Of a DNA stretch of 64,000 nucleotides, positions 45,698 to 61,480 are shown one piece after another; position 1 is the stretch's first letter; the number at the start of each line of letters is the position of its first letter. This DNA is from the human T2T-CHM13v2.0 reference genome, Homo sapiens. The stretch lies in NCBI RefSeq assembly GCF_009914755.1, contig NC_060925.1. One strand, given 5' to 3'. The position numbers and the translations under genes are program-made. The notes beneath the pieces are model-generated. The model was not told where the DNA came from. It made no database searches and worked only from the letters and a program-made list of their open reading frames with translations.

Positions 45698-46229
45698 CAG
45701 ACGTCCACTTTTGCAGCTATGTGGGGAAAGTCGATGTGAGGTAGGCAAGCTTGCAGGGGAAGGCCTTTTAGGAAGGATGTAGCAGGAACCTGGACTTGGG
45801 TGATGGCGGTCACAAGGGAGAGAAGGCATGATCAGATATCTACTCCAGACGGGATTGATAGGATGCGCTGATAGATTGCAGGGAATGGGAGTGTTGGGGA
45901 GGGTCCTGGGTGACTGAGTGTCTGCTTGCTCTTTACAGGGGTTTCTGTCCCACCACAGAGTGGCATACCTGGCTCCTGGGCTCCTGGGTGACCCTAAGAA
46001 GCTGTCCCAAGATGACCATCAGGGCCCCTTCCATCCCTCACTTGGGTCTGGTGCAAGATGTCTCAGTGACTCTTACCTCTTGTGCAATAGGCAGTACTTT
46101 TTTCCAAATTTGATATTCTCCTTTGCATCTGACAGGGCCACTCTCCATTTTCTAATTACCGCAGAACAGTCTTGCCTGAAAGTGCCTTCCTAAGCTGGGG
46201 TCCTACCTCAGAATCAGTAGTGAGTTAGT

Positions 46230-46412
46230 AAATCAGATCTCTGGATGGTGAAAAATGAAACCCTAATTTGTAACATGTACCAATTTCTATGGTATAAATA
46301 CCCCTGCCATGGCGACTTTGAAGCTATCAATAGTTAACCAACTCAAAAAAATCCTGAACTGTTAACACTTGGCTTTCACCAGCCTATAGGAGCCAGGCCT
46401 AGCTCAGTATCG
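46230..46412. mobile_element. MER63-like hAT-Blackjack element
   Basis: ccctaatttgtaacatgtaccaatttctatggtataaatacccctgccatggcgactttgaagcta. Confidence 0.6.
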
Positions 46413-49298
46413 CATGACTGCTGGCCTAGAACAGTATGCCAAACAATTTCCTCCAGCTTCTCAAAATGCACAGTTGTCCAGCGTAGAAGCAGAGTATGCA
46501 GGAGGCTTGGTGAGCTGATGTGCTGAGTCCATAGGTCTGGGAATGAATCCAGTCAGTGACTCACTGCATGCTCAAGTGTGTCTGAATAGGTTAACTTCAA
46601 AACCAAACCGAATACTCAAGGCAACTTCTCTCTACTGGTGATGTAGAACAGCCTGGCAGAACATTCCCCATGGGTAGGTTTTCTGGAATGAATGGGGAGT
46701 CGGGAAATCTGGGTGACAACTCTGGGGCTGCTGCTAGTTGGCTCAATGACCTCAGACATGTTGCCTGACCTCTCTGAGTCTCAACCTTCACATCCCCAAA
46801 ATGAGAGGCAGATGATCTCTAATAGTCAGTCACTGAGTGTCTTCCAAGTGACAATCAGTGTCACTTGGTTAATGCAACACCAAGTTGCCTGAGGAACCTG
46901 TTTCTGACCCAGGCAACTATGCAGGTTGTGAAGCCAGAGGGGAGTTTGAGCACCAAGTTCAAGAAGGCAGTCTTGCAAGACTTTCCTCGAAGCAGCTCCT
47001 ACAGACTGGCTCTTTCACCTTAAACGCCATAGTTTTGGATACAGGTAAGAGTCATGGGGACAGAAAAGGAAGGGAGACAGAGACAACCTGGGGAAGAATG
47101 ATGACACTTGGTGACTGGAAGAGTATGGGAAATGCAGACAAACAAGAGATCAAAGAGAGCTCCCAAAGTTGTGCCAATGCCGTAGTTTCCCACACCACGC
47201 AGAACAGCAGGAGCAGCAGCTTTTGGGCTTCTCTGGCTGGTAGACTGTGTTTAATGACTGCAGAGGCTGCACCTTCCTAAGCTGATGAAGAACTTCCTAG
47301 AATGTCCCCTAGGACCCCTCCTATGAAATGGTACCAACACCACTCTGTGACTTTGTCCAGGGTCTGTGTGTGGCAAACACTGCCTACTGTGTGGGCCATG
47401 AGAGGCCATGAAGGGAGCTGCACAGACATCCCCCACCCACAGATCACAGACCACCCTCACGGACAAACATCCCCTTTGCCATTCATTCCATCTCCTCCCC
47501 AAGCACATCCTGAAATGCCTTCCTCATTCTATAGCAGGCATAGCTAATATCCTCTTTTATAACCCCAGTTCTCTCCATTTGAGGCCATATAGGTGAACAT
47601 AGTTGAGAAGTCAGAGGAGGGGGCTGAGAAATGCTTAAATACCCGCAGAGCAAGGACCAGACCCTTTTCTTCCTTCCTTGTTCTCAGGCTTTTCTGCACG
47701 TACCGGGGGCATTGGCTGTTGACACGTGAAATATTGAGGCAGCCTTGTCTATGCGCTGGGCACTTTATTTGGGTGAATGTACCTTTTCAAAATCAAGATA
47801 TTCTGGGGTTTTTAAAAAATAAAAAGTATGAAAATATCCCAAAACAGAAAAGAGTACTGAGGATAACCATATAAAAACAATTTAAGCTGAGAAAAATAAC
47901 CCAGTCCTGTCGAGTCCTAAAGAGAACCTTGGTTTCCATGGGACGTTAGCAAAGTGCAGAGCTCCTAGCAGTGGGTAGGATGGAATGTTTGCAGCCTTTC
48001 CAAATAAGCAAATATCCCCCAGAATCCAGCATCCGTGCCCCACATGCTGTGGTTCCAATTTGCTTCCTGTTTTCAGGCCTCCCAGAAATACATCTCACAG
48101 ACTTTTTATTTTCATCTCCCCACCTTGAAAAGCACAGATTTGCAAGTGTGAGTGTCTTAGCAGGGAGACAAATCCAGCAGGCATTCAAGACATTCAGGCA
48201 GGAAGAAATGCATCTCATCGGAAATTTTCCATCGCCAGCACTTTTTAAAAAATTCCCAATATAAATGGGCTTTTACTTGTAGGACGAAGGGCTCCATTAT
48301 TTTTCAAATACTTTGCTGCTTCTAAGGAGCCAAGAAAATTGGTCATGCACCTGGCCAGCCGATCCAACCTCAAAAATCTTCTGACCTCAATGAAAAGGCT
48401 CTAATTTTTCCTTGCCTTTAATAAATGTTTCTTCTCTTCTCCCCAGCAGTATTCAGCATGTGGGGTGGGCAGGCAGGGTGCCCAGTTAATGTAAACAGGC
48501 AGGAACACCTGATTCATCAGGATTCTTCCCACTGCTCCAATCCAGGGGTCTCTGCTTCAGACAGAACCCCTAGGAAGAGAAGCATGTGACTTAGGACTTC
48601 AGGGGGACTCGAAGTGCAAATACATTATGGCACAGATTTAAATGTTTACCTGTATATGTGTATGTTAAAAAATCAATTTCTTAGAGATGGTTTGAAGGTG
48701 TCAGAAAAGCTAATTCAGGTAGAAAACATGTCCTTGCTCTGTAGATGCCTCCATTCTGTCTTCCAGAACCTGAGAGAGAAGAGCAAGGATTTGGACTGTG
48801 GCCTAGAGAGGGAATTTGCAGCTCTCTTTCCCAAGGAATGAATCGCAGCCCCTCAGGCTGGAACAGGCAGGTGCTGCGAAATCTGGCTGACAGGTCAGCT
48901 TCAAGGTGATGTGCTTGCTGAGTCTTCTCTCCTTTCAGCTAAGCTCTCATCACGCCCCTGGTGCCTGGTAAAAGTAAATAAAGATGACTGAGCGTATGAA
49001 GCAGGAGGGTCTCTACACACCTGTAATTACTACCTAGCAAGTCCCTGCAGAACCCAGGAGTTCCCCCAGAGAGCCAGTGGGGCCGTTTCTGGAGAGAGTA
49101 AGTCAACGTGGGTCCTCCAGGCAAGATCTAGCTGGAGGAAGTAGAATTAAAACTTCTATCACTGGACGGATGTTTTGTCACTTGGCGGGAAAGTTCCAAG
49201 TCAAAGTTCCCAGTTTCCTAAGCTGTTATAAACCCGGTTGAAATGCTCACATACACCTGTGAGTGTCTCAAAACAAACAAAGCATAATCGCCTTAGAG

Positions 49299-49586
49299 CA
49301 GCACTGTCTCATAGAAATATAATGTGAACTACATGTTATTTAAAATTCTCTAGAAGCCACTTTTAAAAAGAAACAGGTGAGATGAATTTTAATAATACGT
49401 TTAACTTAACCAACCCAAAACATTATCACTTCCTCATGTAATCAATATAAAAAATTGCTGGTGAGATATTTTACCAAGTCTTCAAAATCTGGATGTATAT
49501 TACATTTTCAGCACATCTCACTGTGGACGAGGCATGCTTCAGGTGCTAAGAGCCACACAAGCTGTGTGCCATGTTGGACACTGCAG
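49299..49586 (+). mobile_element. MER33 hAT-Charlie MITE
   Basis: cagcactgtctcatagaaatataatgtga...aaacaggtgagatgaattttaataata...ttggacactgcag. Confidence 0.8.
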
Positions 49587-50281
49587 CCTTTGAGGCTGAC
49601 ATTTACACCTCACCACCTTTTGAGAGCACCTGATGCATGATAGATTTCCCACAAACATTTCATATAGAAGAGTGAACCTGTTATATGTGAAGTTTTACTT
49701 GATCTGAATATACTAGTGCTCTTAATAAAATAAGAATTACTAAAAAATTTCCTTTGAATAGTGCCAGGCGGGTCTGAAACCCAGCCTTGACTGATATTTT
49801 CATGTGCTGATAACAGCAACCAAAGTATCGTGACTTCGGTTAATAATTGATTGCTCCTTGCAGGGGAAAAATAAATAAAACCGGAATCTGACTGCTCCAC
49901 CCCTTAGGGCAGCTTACTAATGTCTGGATGAGCATGCTTGTGTTCTTGCACTCTCTGGGAATTAGACACAAAAACTGCCCTCAAGGACAGCACAGCCCAG
50001 GGACAGCCAGGCAGACCAATGCCTAATACTGCATGTGTGCAGGGGGTTGTGTTGGCAACAACATGAGTGGCTTTCCTGGAGTGGAGGCTCCAGCTCTGCA
50101 TCCTGAAGAGGGACTAGGAGGTCCTCAGGGAGGAGGGCAGGAAGGAAACATCCAGTGGAGGAAGCGGTAGGCACAGAAGTTTGCAGCCACTTGAAAAGCA
50201 GGGAGGCACAGGACCTTAGGACCCTTCTATAGCAGTCCCGTAAGCCCAGAGGGAACCATTTCAGAGTGGGACAATCTACGG

Positions 50282-50486
50282 CAGCGTTGTCCGACCAAAA
50301 TACTTGCAAGCCACATGTGTGATGGATTTCAGGAGCCACTGAAGGGTCAAAAGACAGAGATACAATTAATTGTAATGACCTGTTTTTAGCTTAACCCACG
50401 TTGTCCAAAGCTTTATCATGTCACCGTGTGAGATACCTCACGTTCTTTTTCATGAAGTCTTTGAAATGTGAGGTGTCCTTGACACC
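50282..50486 (+). mobile_element. Degenerate MER33-like fragment
   Basis: cagcgttgtccga...gcaagccacatg...aagtctttgaaatgtgaggtgt. Confidence 0.5.
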
Positions 50487-50599
50487 AAGAAGGCATGCAT
50501 GAGTCTAGATGCAGTGTGTATATATAGTGAGTAGTAACCTCTGCTCACGTTCCTGGGTCCAAAAGAGAGATCAGGACAGCTTCAAGGGAGAGGGCTAGG

Positions 50600-52552
50600 G
50601 ATGAAAAAGGAGATAATGTCGCCCACCACTTCTGAGGGGACAACAGACTGCGCCAGGCGCTGTAACCCGGGGGAAACGGAGGCAGCAGCTTCTCCCACGT
50701 GCTCCCAAAGGTGTCCGTGTCAACAGCATTAACTACCAAACAGAGCACTGAGGAACATTTGCTAAATGCTGCCAAGTGCCCGGACACCAGATCACAAGGC
50801 TGGCCCAGAAAAGAGCAAGTGCACCTGTGGGGGAGGAGGGCAAGTCCCCGTCGTCGGTCATCCCAGGTCACAGGGGTGCCTTTCCCTCCACTGCCAGGGA
50901 AATGCACATGCAGGCTGCCTAATGTGGAAATGTTTGGATCTGGAACAGAGAGGCTCTCAGGCCGGCGGGGAGGAGGCAGGGTGACAGTAACCAGCCGCAC
51001 CGGAATGACGATGGGGAGCGCTGCACCTACGGCTTGCCAAGACCCCAGCAATATCTTTCCTACTAAGTCTAGCAGTGCCTGAGGCTCGCCTCCGAAGAAC
51101 AGCCTCTCCCTTCCGCCTCTGTCTTCTTTAAGGGAGAGGGAGTGCAAGCCAAACCCAGCAAGCACTTGGACGCCGCCCTGCTCTCCCCGGGGCTCTGGGC
51201 TCTGCAACAGATCCGCTTTGTGAATGAAAGAGGCATCTCTCCAAGATGGCGCGCTCTACCCTGAGGGCACACCATGCACACGCCACTCCTCCAGCTGGTC
51301 TCGGGGACTGCAGTCCTTCTCTCCTGGATGGGTTGGGGGTGGGGGGCTGTTGAGAGCTTTCCTCCTCCTTTTCTTCTTCCTCCTCCTCCTGTCTCCCTAA
51401 CCCTGGAAGGGGGCCATCCACTGAACTTCGGAAAGAGGTCACCCTCCCTGAAAAGGGGACTTGGATTGCTGCATCCAGAGCCACCCCCTGTGGTCCCTCA
51501 ATCTAGCCACACTCAGTTGCTAAAGCAGGGAGAGGTTTCCTAGTCCGGTGTTCCGGCCGACGCAAACGGAGCTCAGGATGACGCCACATGTGTGTTTGAG
51601 TCAAAGCGCTTTTAACTGTGGCTCCAAGAACAGCCTGTACAGCCACTTGAGTTTCCCCGTAACAAGGAATGTACAATAGATGAGACTTTACTGGCAAAAC
51701 AATTTTTAAAAATAAAGGGAGAAGCAGCAGCCCAGCCTTGTCTCTTTATAGGGTCCTAGAGAACCGGTGGTGGCTGGGTTGAAAAGCACAGCGCTTAGCC
51801 ATTCAGCAGTTTATGACCTCAGTTTACCAAGTCCTTGTAACAAGGTTACCGGAGGGGTTTTGCAAGCTTGTAGACCCAGGTGTGGCTGAAGTTGAGCTGC
51901 TCAGGGACAGTGGTTTTCTTGCCATTGGGAGAAGGTTACCAAGAATAATTTTCCTGCCCCAGGACTTGTAGATGATTAACGTGTTTCTTTCGCTTAACCA
52001 GAGAGTTAATGGTTATTCAAAGCACTCTTTGATGATGGAGGCTGGAGGGGAGAAAATGAATGCGTTAACCATTAATCCAGGGAAATGCCACAAAAATTAA
52101 AATGGAAAACACTCAACCTGGGAAAGGAATTCACTGGCTGGAAGGGTCAGCCAGGCAAACCTGGTGAGGAAGGAGGAAGAGAGGAGGCCAGAGGGAGGCC
52201 TTACATTCACGTATACTTAGAGCTGGGTTTTGTTATTTTTTGTTCCGTTTCCTTGTTTCATTGCTCTGAGGAAACAGAGTAGAAATAACAAAATCACAAA
52301 CATGGGAACATTACAAATAAAGTCAGTTTTATTGGTCTTTTTCCTCCAGCCTCCCACAGCTGAGCCTGTCTGACTTATCCCCTGTCTGACTTGTTCCCTG
52401 GCCTCTTTGGGGAGCAGGAGGGGAGCTCAGGCAATCCATGCTTGGAGAAAGTCGAGAGTGTTTTTAGGAGGCTGGTGCTGACAGAGGGCATGCAGCTCTG
52501 GCTCCCGGCCTCTTCTTGGGGCCACACTGGCCAGCACCCAGGCACAGCCATC
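50600..52552 (+). promoter_or_regulatory. Candidate enhancer/promoter upstream of the captured MST1L first coding exon
   Basis: No repeat recognised, locally CpG-enriched; YY1-like CAAGATGGCG (51242), AP-1 TGAGTCA (51597), three HNF1-like sites (51968-52076), TCF/LEF TTCAAAG and CTTTGAT (52017-52033), CDX-like TTTATGAC and TTTATTGG; motif inspection only. Confidence 0.4.
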
Positions 52553-52619
52553 ATGGCGCCTGCCCCAGTCACCCTGCTGGCCCCTGGGGCAGCATCCTCA
52601 ATGTCTTGCAGCCAGCCCG
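52553..52619 (+). CDS. MST1L: Captured non-MST1 first coding exon of MST1L (MAPAPVTLLAPGAASSMSCSQP-G)
   Basis: Strong Kozak gccatcATGG; 22 codons + 1 nt then GT donor (G|gtgcaa); phase 1 matches MST1 exon 2 (ag|GG CAG CGC TCG); fused peptide ...[12 protein letters not shown] matches my recollection of the annotated MST1L N-terminus. Confidence 0.75.
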
Positions 52620-53974
52620 GTGCAATAAACAGGAAGACTTCGGGGAAAAACTCCTGCTTGGCATAGGCTACTCCCAGTCACCATCTGGGACACGTCATGA
52701 TGAGCTATGAGCTGGCACCAGTGGGAATCTCTGATGAAGGTTGGGACTCCCCGAAGCATCACACATGTGTGGAGCATTCTCTAGTAGGAAGACCTTTTTA
52801 GAGTACAAAGGCCAGATCCTGCCCTCAAGGGGTTTACAGGCCATTAGGGAGATAAAACAACCTAGGGCAAGTGCTGGAGATGCAGCATCAGCCAACTGCT
52901 GAATACACTCAAAAAAATGAGAGCCCACTGGATTGTCTGGGAGCCTCCTAGGAAAGCTGAGTCCAAGCTGGGCTGGGAGGTTGGATAAGGCTGTGGCTGG
53001 GAGAAAAGGGAGAGGCAAGGCAGAGAGAGAAAGGAATGGCAGAAAGGTGTAAGGAAGAGACCTATTTGAAGAAGAGGAGAGAAAAGAAATTAACACTTGG
53101 AAGATAGGTTTGGGTCTGTCTGTGGGAGCCTCGTTGCCCAGCTGCATTTATACCCCATCACTGGCACTGTGGGGAGTTTTGAGAGGAGAGTGAAATTAAC
53201 AAAGTGGGGCATGGGAGGAGGGGGGGTCATGAAGGATGAGAGCAAGCAAGTCACCATGTAGTTACAACAGTGGCCCAAGGGTGCTCTCCAGGAACATGTG
53301 GGGCATGGGAGCCCAGGGCAGGAGGAGGGCTCCGCTTCCTCTGTGCTCTAAAAAGGGAAGGGATCAAGGGGTGAAGATTCCAGCCCCTTTGGAAGTGGAG
53401 GAGGCTAGGGAAGAGCTCTTACTACAGGGAATCCTGTTCTCATGGACCTGGAGGCCAGGGCCTTTGCTGAGAACATGGCAGGGGAGGGCAAGGGCTCACA
53501 GAGGGAAAATTCAAAAACTCCAACAACTACTGGGAAGGAAGTGGAGTGAGGAAGGGATGAAGAGAGTGAATTTGTGGGTTCGGTGGACAAGGTTTTCTGG
53601 CTCTTCCTAGCATCCCAGGAGTTCAGAAAGCACAGGGTAAAAGCCACTTACTTTCTCCCTCTACTTTGATGGAGGGTTGACTATGGGCTAGTGCTGGTCT
53701 AGGAACTGAGGGGAGATGAAGGGCCTCAGATACATGTTCTCTGTCTTCACCAAGCTTGTTGCAGAGTGAAGGTAAGAAACATAATACAATTGCAATAAAG
53801 AGAAATGGACATGGGTCCTGCCCATTTGAATCAGAGATTGTTAGAAATACAGACTTCTGCCAACTGATTAAATCCCACCACCACCACCACCGCCACCATT
53901 ATCAGAAACTTTCTTGGCACAGGGCACAAGCTTGTGTCTTTTTTTCAAGGCTAGTTCTAACACACGGTGTAACA

Positions 53975-54172
53975 TCCATGAGTCAGATTGTCTTGGTTTC
54001 TATCCCAACTTTACCACTTACTGACTCTATGTGTGTGTGACTGCTCTTGCCTCAGTTTGTTCATCTAAAAAATAGGATAATAGCAGTACCTACTTCGTAG
54101 GATTAAATGTGATCTTTCTTATAAAGTCCTAAGAAACAGCCTAACACAGCAGGTGCTTAGTAACTGTTGGCT
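53975..54172 (+). mobile_element. MIR
   Basis: gcctcagtttgttcatctaaaaaataggataatagcagtacctacttcgtaggatt. Confidence 0.7.
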
Positions 54173-54189
54173 GTTCGCTAAAGGGCATG

Positions 54190-55090
54190 ACTAGGGTTGT
54201 GGTAGGGGAAAAACACGGTGCTGTGGGAATCCAGGTGGGGGATCTAACCTGGACCTGAGGGTCAGGGAAGGCTTTCTGGAAGAGGTGACTTCCAAGCTGA
54301 GACATGCAGGAGAATGAGGAGTGAACCAGGTCGCATGGGTGAAAGCGAGAGTTTAAGCAGAGAGAACAGCAGGTGCAAAGTTCCCAGACAAGAGATCCAA
54401 AACCATGGAAGGGACTGACTGTGGTTTGGTGGGGCTGGAATGCAGGGCGAGGCAGGGCTGTGGAGGGGCAGGAGATGTCCAGATCCTGGAAGTGTTTGAA
54501 TTCTATCCTGAGAGCCACAGGAAGCTGCTGCAGGGCTTTAAGGAGAGAGGGATCTGATCTGTGATTTGAGGCATCCCTCTTGCTACGGTTTGAAGAGTCG
54601 GTTGAAGGCACAAGCCCAGAGCCAGAGGCGAGTGAGGAAGAGGTTGACATGATCCCAACAAGGGAGACAGAAGGTCTGAACTAGGAAAAGGGCTGTGGAG
54701 AGGGAGAAAGTGGGCAAACTGACAAGCACCTGGGTGGCCGATGGAAGTGGGGGGCTCAGGAAGATGAGCGTGCCAAGGGTGGCTCTGGACTTGGGTTTGA
54801 GCAACATTTCCACTGGATGGATGTTGAGAAAGGGAAGATGGAAATGGAGCACATTTGGGGAGAGAAATATAAATTCAGGTTTCAGTACATTGAGATTTTT
54901 AGTGCTTATGAGATGTCCCAGTGGAGATGTCTGTCCACTGGGCAACTGGACATCAGGCTTTGGTGCTCAGGACCTATGGTGGGTTGTAAATATGTTTTTG
55001 GAAACCATGAGCATTTAGAGCTGAGGCTGAGAATTGACATAATGTTCAGTGAAGACTAGGAGATGCAGGAGGGGGTTCATAGGCTCAAGG
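54190..55090 (-). mobile_element. L2 fragment
   Basis: cagggaaggctttctggaagaggtgac, gatctgatctgtgattt, gggcaactggacat. Confidence 0.7.
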
Positions 55091-55183
55091 AAGCAGTAAA
55101 GGAATTGAGTATATGAAACTTCATACATATGTTGCAGTCAACATAGTCATATAATTAGTTAAGATGAAGTCATCCTGGAGGAG

Positions 55184-55229
55184 TGGCTCCCACTCCTGCT
55201 GCTTCTGACTCAATACTTAGGGGTCCCTG
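55184..55229 (+). pseudogene. MST1L: Decapitated MST1 exon 1 (signal peptide WLPLLLLLTQYLGVP, no ATG)
   Basis: tggctcccactcctgctgcttctgactcaatacttaggggtccctg|gtgagt; in-frame upstream TAA at 55160-55162 and no in-frame ATG. Confidence 0.88.
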
Positions 55230-55902
55230 GTGAGTGCCCCCAACCCTGATCCCCATCTGCCTTCAGGAGGGGGTTGGCCCCATTCTCCTATTCTGGGATG
55301 AGAAAAAAGTCGGGGAGCCAGAGGCTCAGTGGGCATGGGGCAGTGACCTTGGCCTCTTGAGCACAGCTGGGAAGCCCTAGGAACACACAGACACGGCCCA
55401 CTTAGGCCTCTATTAGCACGTCTGCTCTAGCACTGAAGCAGTGTTAGGACCACACAGATGCACGCACACAGCAGGAAATGACCCCTCCTGAGCCTGATCT
55501 ACCCCTCTAACCTAGCGTATGCCTTTGTGCAGGTGAGAGCCCAGATTTGGAGTCTGAATGCCTAGCCAGGGCCCCTGGCTGGGTAATGTGATGGCTCTGA
55601 GCCTTAGCATTCTCATTTGAGAGATGAGATGGGGCAAGCTCCATCACCCACTGCTCTCACAGAGCGTATGTGTTAGATCTGAGCCCGGTGCCTGGGCCAC
55701 TACACAGAGGCACCGGTGATAACTACCAAGTCTGGGCCTGCTTCCCAGGGGAAATTTTTTTGACAAGTATCTGTGCAGGGGGGCTAGACTGGCCCTTGAA
55801 AGTGCATACAGGGTCCATCCCAGAAGCCTTGTAGCTTTGATCCCCTGAATGAACAAAGTGTGGACATGCCAATACACATTACTGACATGTATGCCCACCT
55901 GA

Positions 55903-56079
<177 letters not shown>

Positions 56080-56103
56080 TGAGTGGCCACTGGGCCTAGA
56101 TAA

Positions 56104-56465
<362 letters not shown>

Positions 56466-56468
56466 TGA

Positions 56469-58570
<2,102 letters not shown>

Positions 58571-58673
58571 TGAGGCACAACTGCCTGTCTCCCACAGAGA
58601 GGAGCTGAGGTTGTGTCCTCTGTGGTTATGCCACTGGGGGCTGGGAATCTATCCCTGCCCCCAGAGGTCCTAG

Positions 58674-58820
<147 letters not shown>

Positions 58821-58929
58821 TGAGCCTCCCTTGTGTTTGGGGACCCAGTCTCATCCCACCTTCCCCTTTCCCCAGGCAAGCTAACAAGTGAGCCTTGGGG
58901 CAACGGACTGAGAGTCACAAATGACCTAG

Positions 58930-59169
<240 letters not shown>

Positions 59170-59172
59170 TAA

Positions 59173-59562
<390 letters not shown>

Positions 59563-59596
59563 TAGAAATGAACTATTTTATCATGAAGCAGGCTAG

Positions 59597-59800
<204 letters not shown>

Positions 59801-59888
59801 TAGGCCCAGCCTTGACGCCATATGCTTTGGGGAGGACAAAACTTGTAAGTACAGTCAAGGACAAGACTTGTACTCAAGGTTGAGATTT

Positions 59889-59894
59889 AATAAA
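59889..59894 (+). terminator. Candidate polyA signal supplied by the downstream block
   Basis: AATAAA 85 nt after the TAG, beyond the end of MST1 homology. Confidence 0.45.
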
Positions 59895-60729
59895 ATTAAT
59901 ATTTTTACTACTTCACCAAGGACTTTCTTAAACGAAAATGGTTTTTCCCCCTGCAAGTAAACAGTAATAAAGAAGAGAATTATTCCTAGTGCAGTTTGTT
60001 TTCATGGTCTTAATTTTTGCTAAGACTCCACTGTTTTTGCCTTATCAATACAAGTGCCAACACAGTGAAAAGGCAAATATCATCTTAGTATTACTCTGAA
60101 AATAGTTCTGAGCTAATGGCCTACTGAAAGGAAAAGAGTGGCTCCTGCTATTCTATTAGACTTATTACAATTATCTTAAGTATTCTTTCTACCCTCCTTT
60201 AATTGAATGGAAACAGGGATGGATTGGAAGAGCTGTTTTTCTCCTTTCTTTCCCCCGGCAATATTTACCATTTAATGCCACTTACTAACACTCAAAGAAA
60301 CAAAACCAAACTTCTCAATTGACAGTGCAGTGACCCAACAAAGACACGGGTTCTTGAATTCAAAGTGGAGCAGGAGAGACGGTAAATACACATTTACTTT
60401 AATATATATATATTTATTATTTATGTGTTTAAAGCACAAATTAGTTTGGTAAAAAACATCTCATGTCTGTTTTATTTCCACATCCCTGAGACTGACAATG
60501 GGATGCCTATCAATTAATTCATTTAGAGAGCCATACACCACAAGAAACAAATTATTTGTCCTCTGGAGCTTGTCACAGGGGGATTTTTAAAAAACCATTA
60601 AACAGAAAGACAACTGTGCATCTTAGAAAGATAAAAGGCCAATTCTTCCTCTCCGGCTGATAGGTTCTTAATAATAGTGATATCTACTAATAAGGTGTTT
60701 TACATAGTGTAAAGCATGTTCACATACAA

Positions 60730-60865
60730 ATTACTTAGCCTCTTTGAGCCTCAGTTTTCTTATATGTAAAACTGGATTAATAGTACATTTTGTGTTTAAA
60801 AAGATAATGTATATGAAGTGTTTACCATTTTTGCTTGGCATCTAGTTCAGTTCTCAGTAACTGAT
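60730..60865 (+). mobile_element. MIR
   Basis: ttacttagcctctttgagcctcagttttcttatatgtaaaactggattaatagtac. Confidence 0.75.
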
Positions 60866-61269
60866 GTGGTGGTGGTGGTGGTCATAGTAGCAGTAAGATC
60901 CGTAGTAATAGTAGCAGCAGTTGTTTTAGAAATTAGTAACTGAGGCCTGGCAAAGTTAAAGGCTCTTTCATTAACACCCAGAGGGGAAGAAATGAAGCTG
61001 GTCTTCAGAGGCAGGCTATTTTCACTCTGTGTCCCAAATTTTCCCCCCTAGACCCTTTTTATACTTCTGGGGCCTCAGAAAATATTCTCAGCTATTCTGT
61101 TAGCTTGATCTCCTACCATCTGAGAGTGGGCTTCCTTCAAACAACCAAATTTCCAGGTATTTCTAAACTGCCCTTCCCCTACACCATTCTTTGGTTCAGT
61201 ATTTCAAGACCCCTAAGAGAAATGGTACATTTACATGTAAGCACAGGATAGTGAAGTATTTACAACAAG

Positions 61270-61480
61270 TGCTTTGGAGCCAGCAAATATGAATCAGAAT
61301 CCAGCTTTCCTTTCCTACATACATGACATTGGGCAGCTAATTTCTAAGATTTTACTTCTTTATCTATGAAAGTGGAGTACTAGTACTTGCTCTGTGCAAC
61401 TGTGATGGTTGTTACATGAGGTAGCATCTAGAAGCAGCTTGCACATTGCCAGATACCCAGTGGAAGGTCAATGAATGACT
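61270..61480 (+). mobile_element. MIR
   Basis: gctttggagccag...atgacattgggcagc...tctatgaaagtggagtactagtac. Confidence 0.65.

Larger units (their letters stand above)
44975..45890 (-). mobile_element. L2 fragments interrupted by simple repeats
   Basis: tttatttgagcacccctatatgccagg; ggattttattctaagtacaatgggaagctcttgaagggtttt. Confidence 0.65.
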
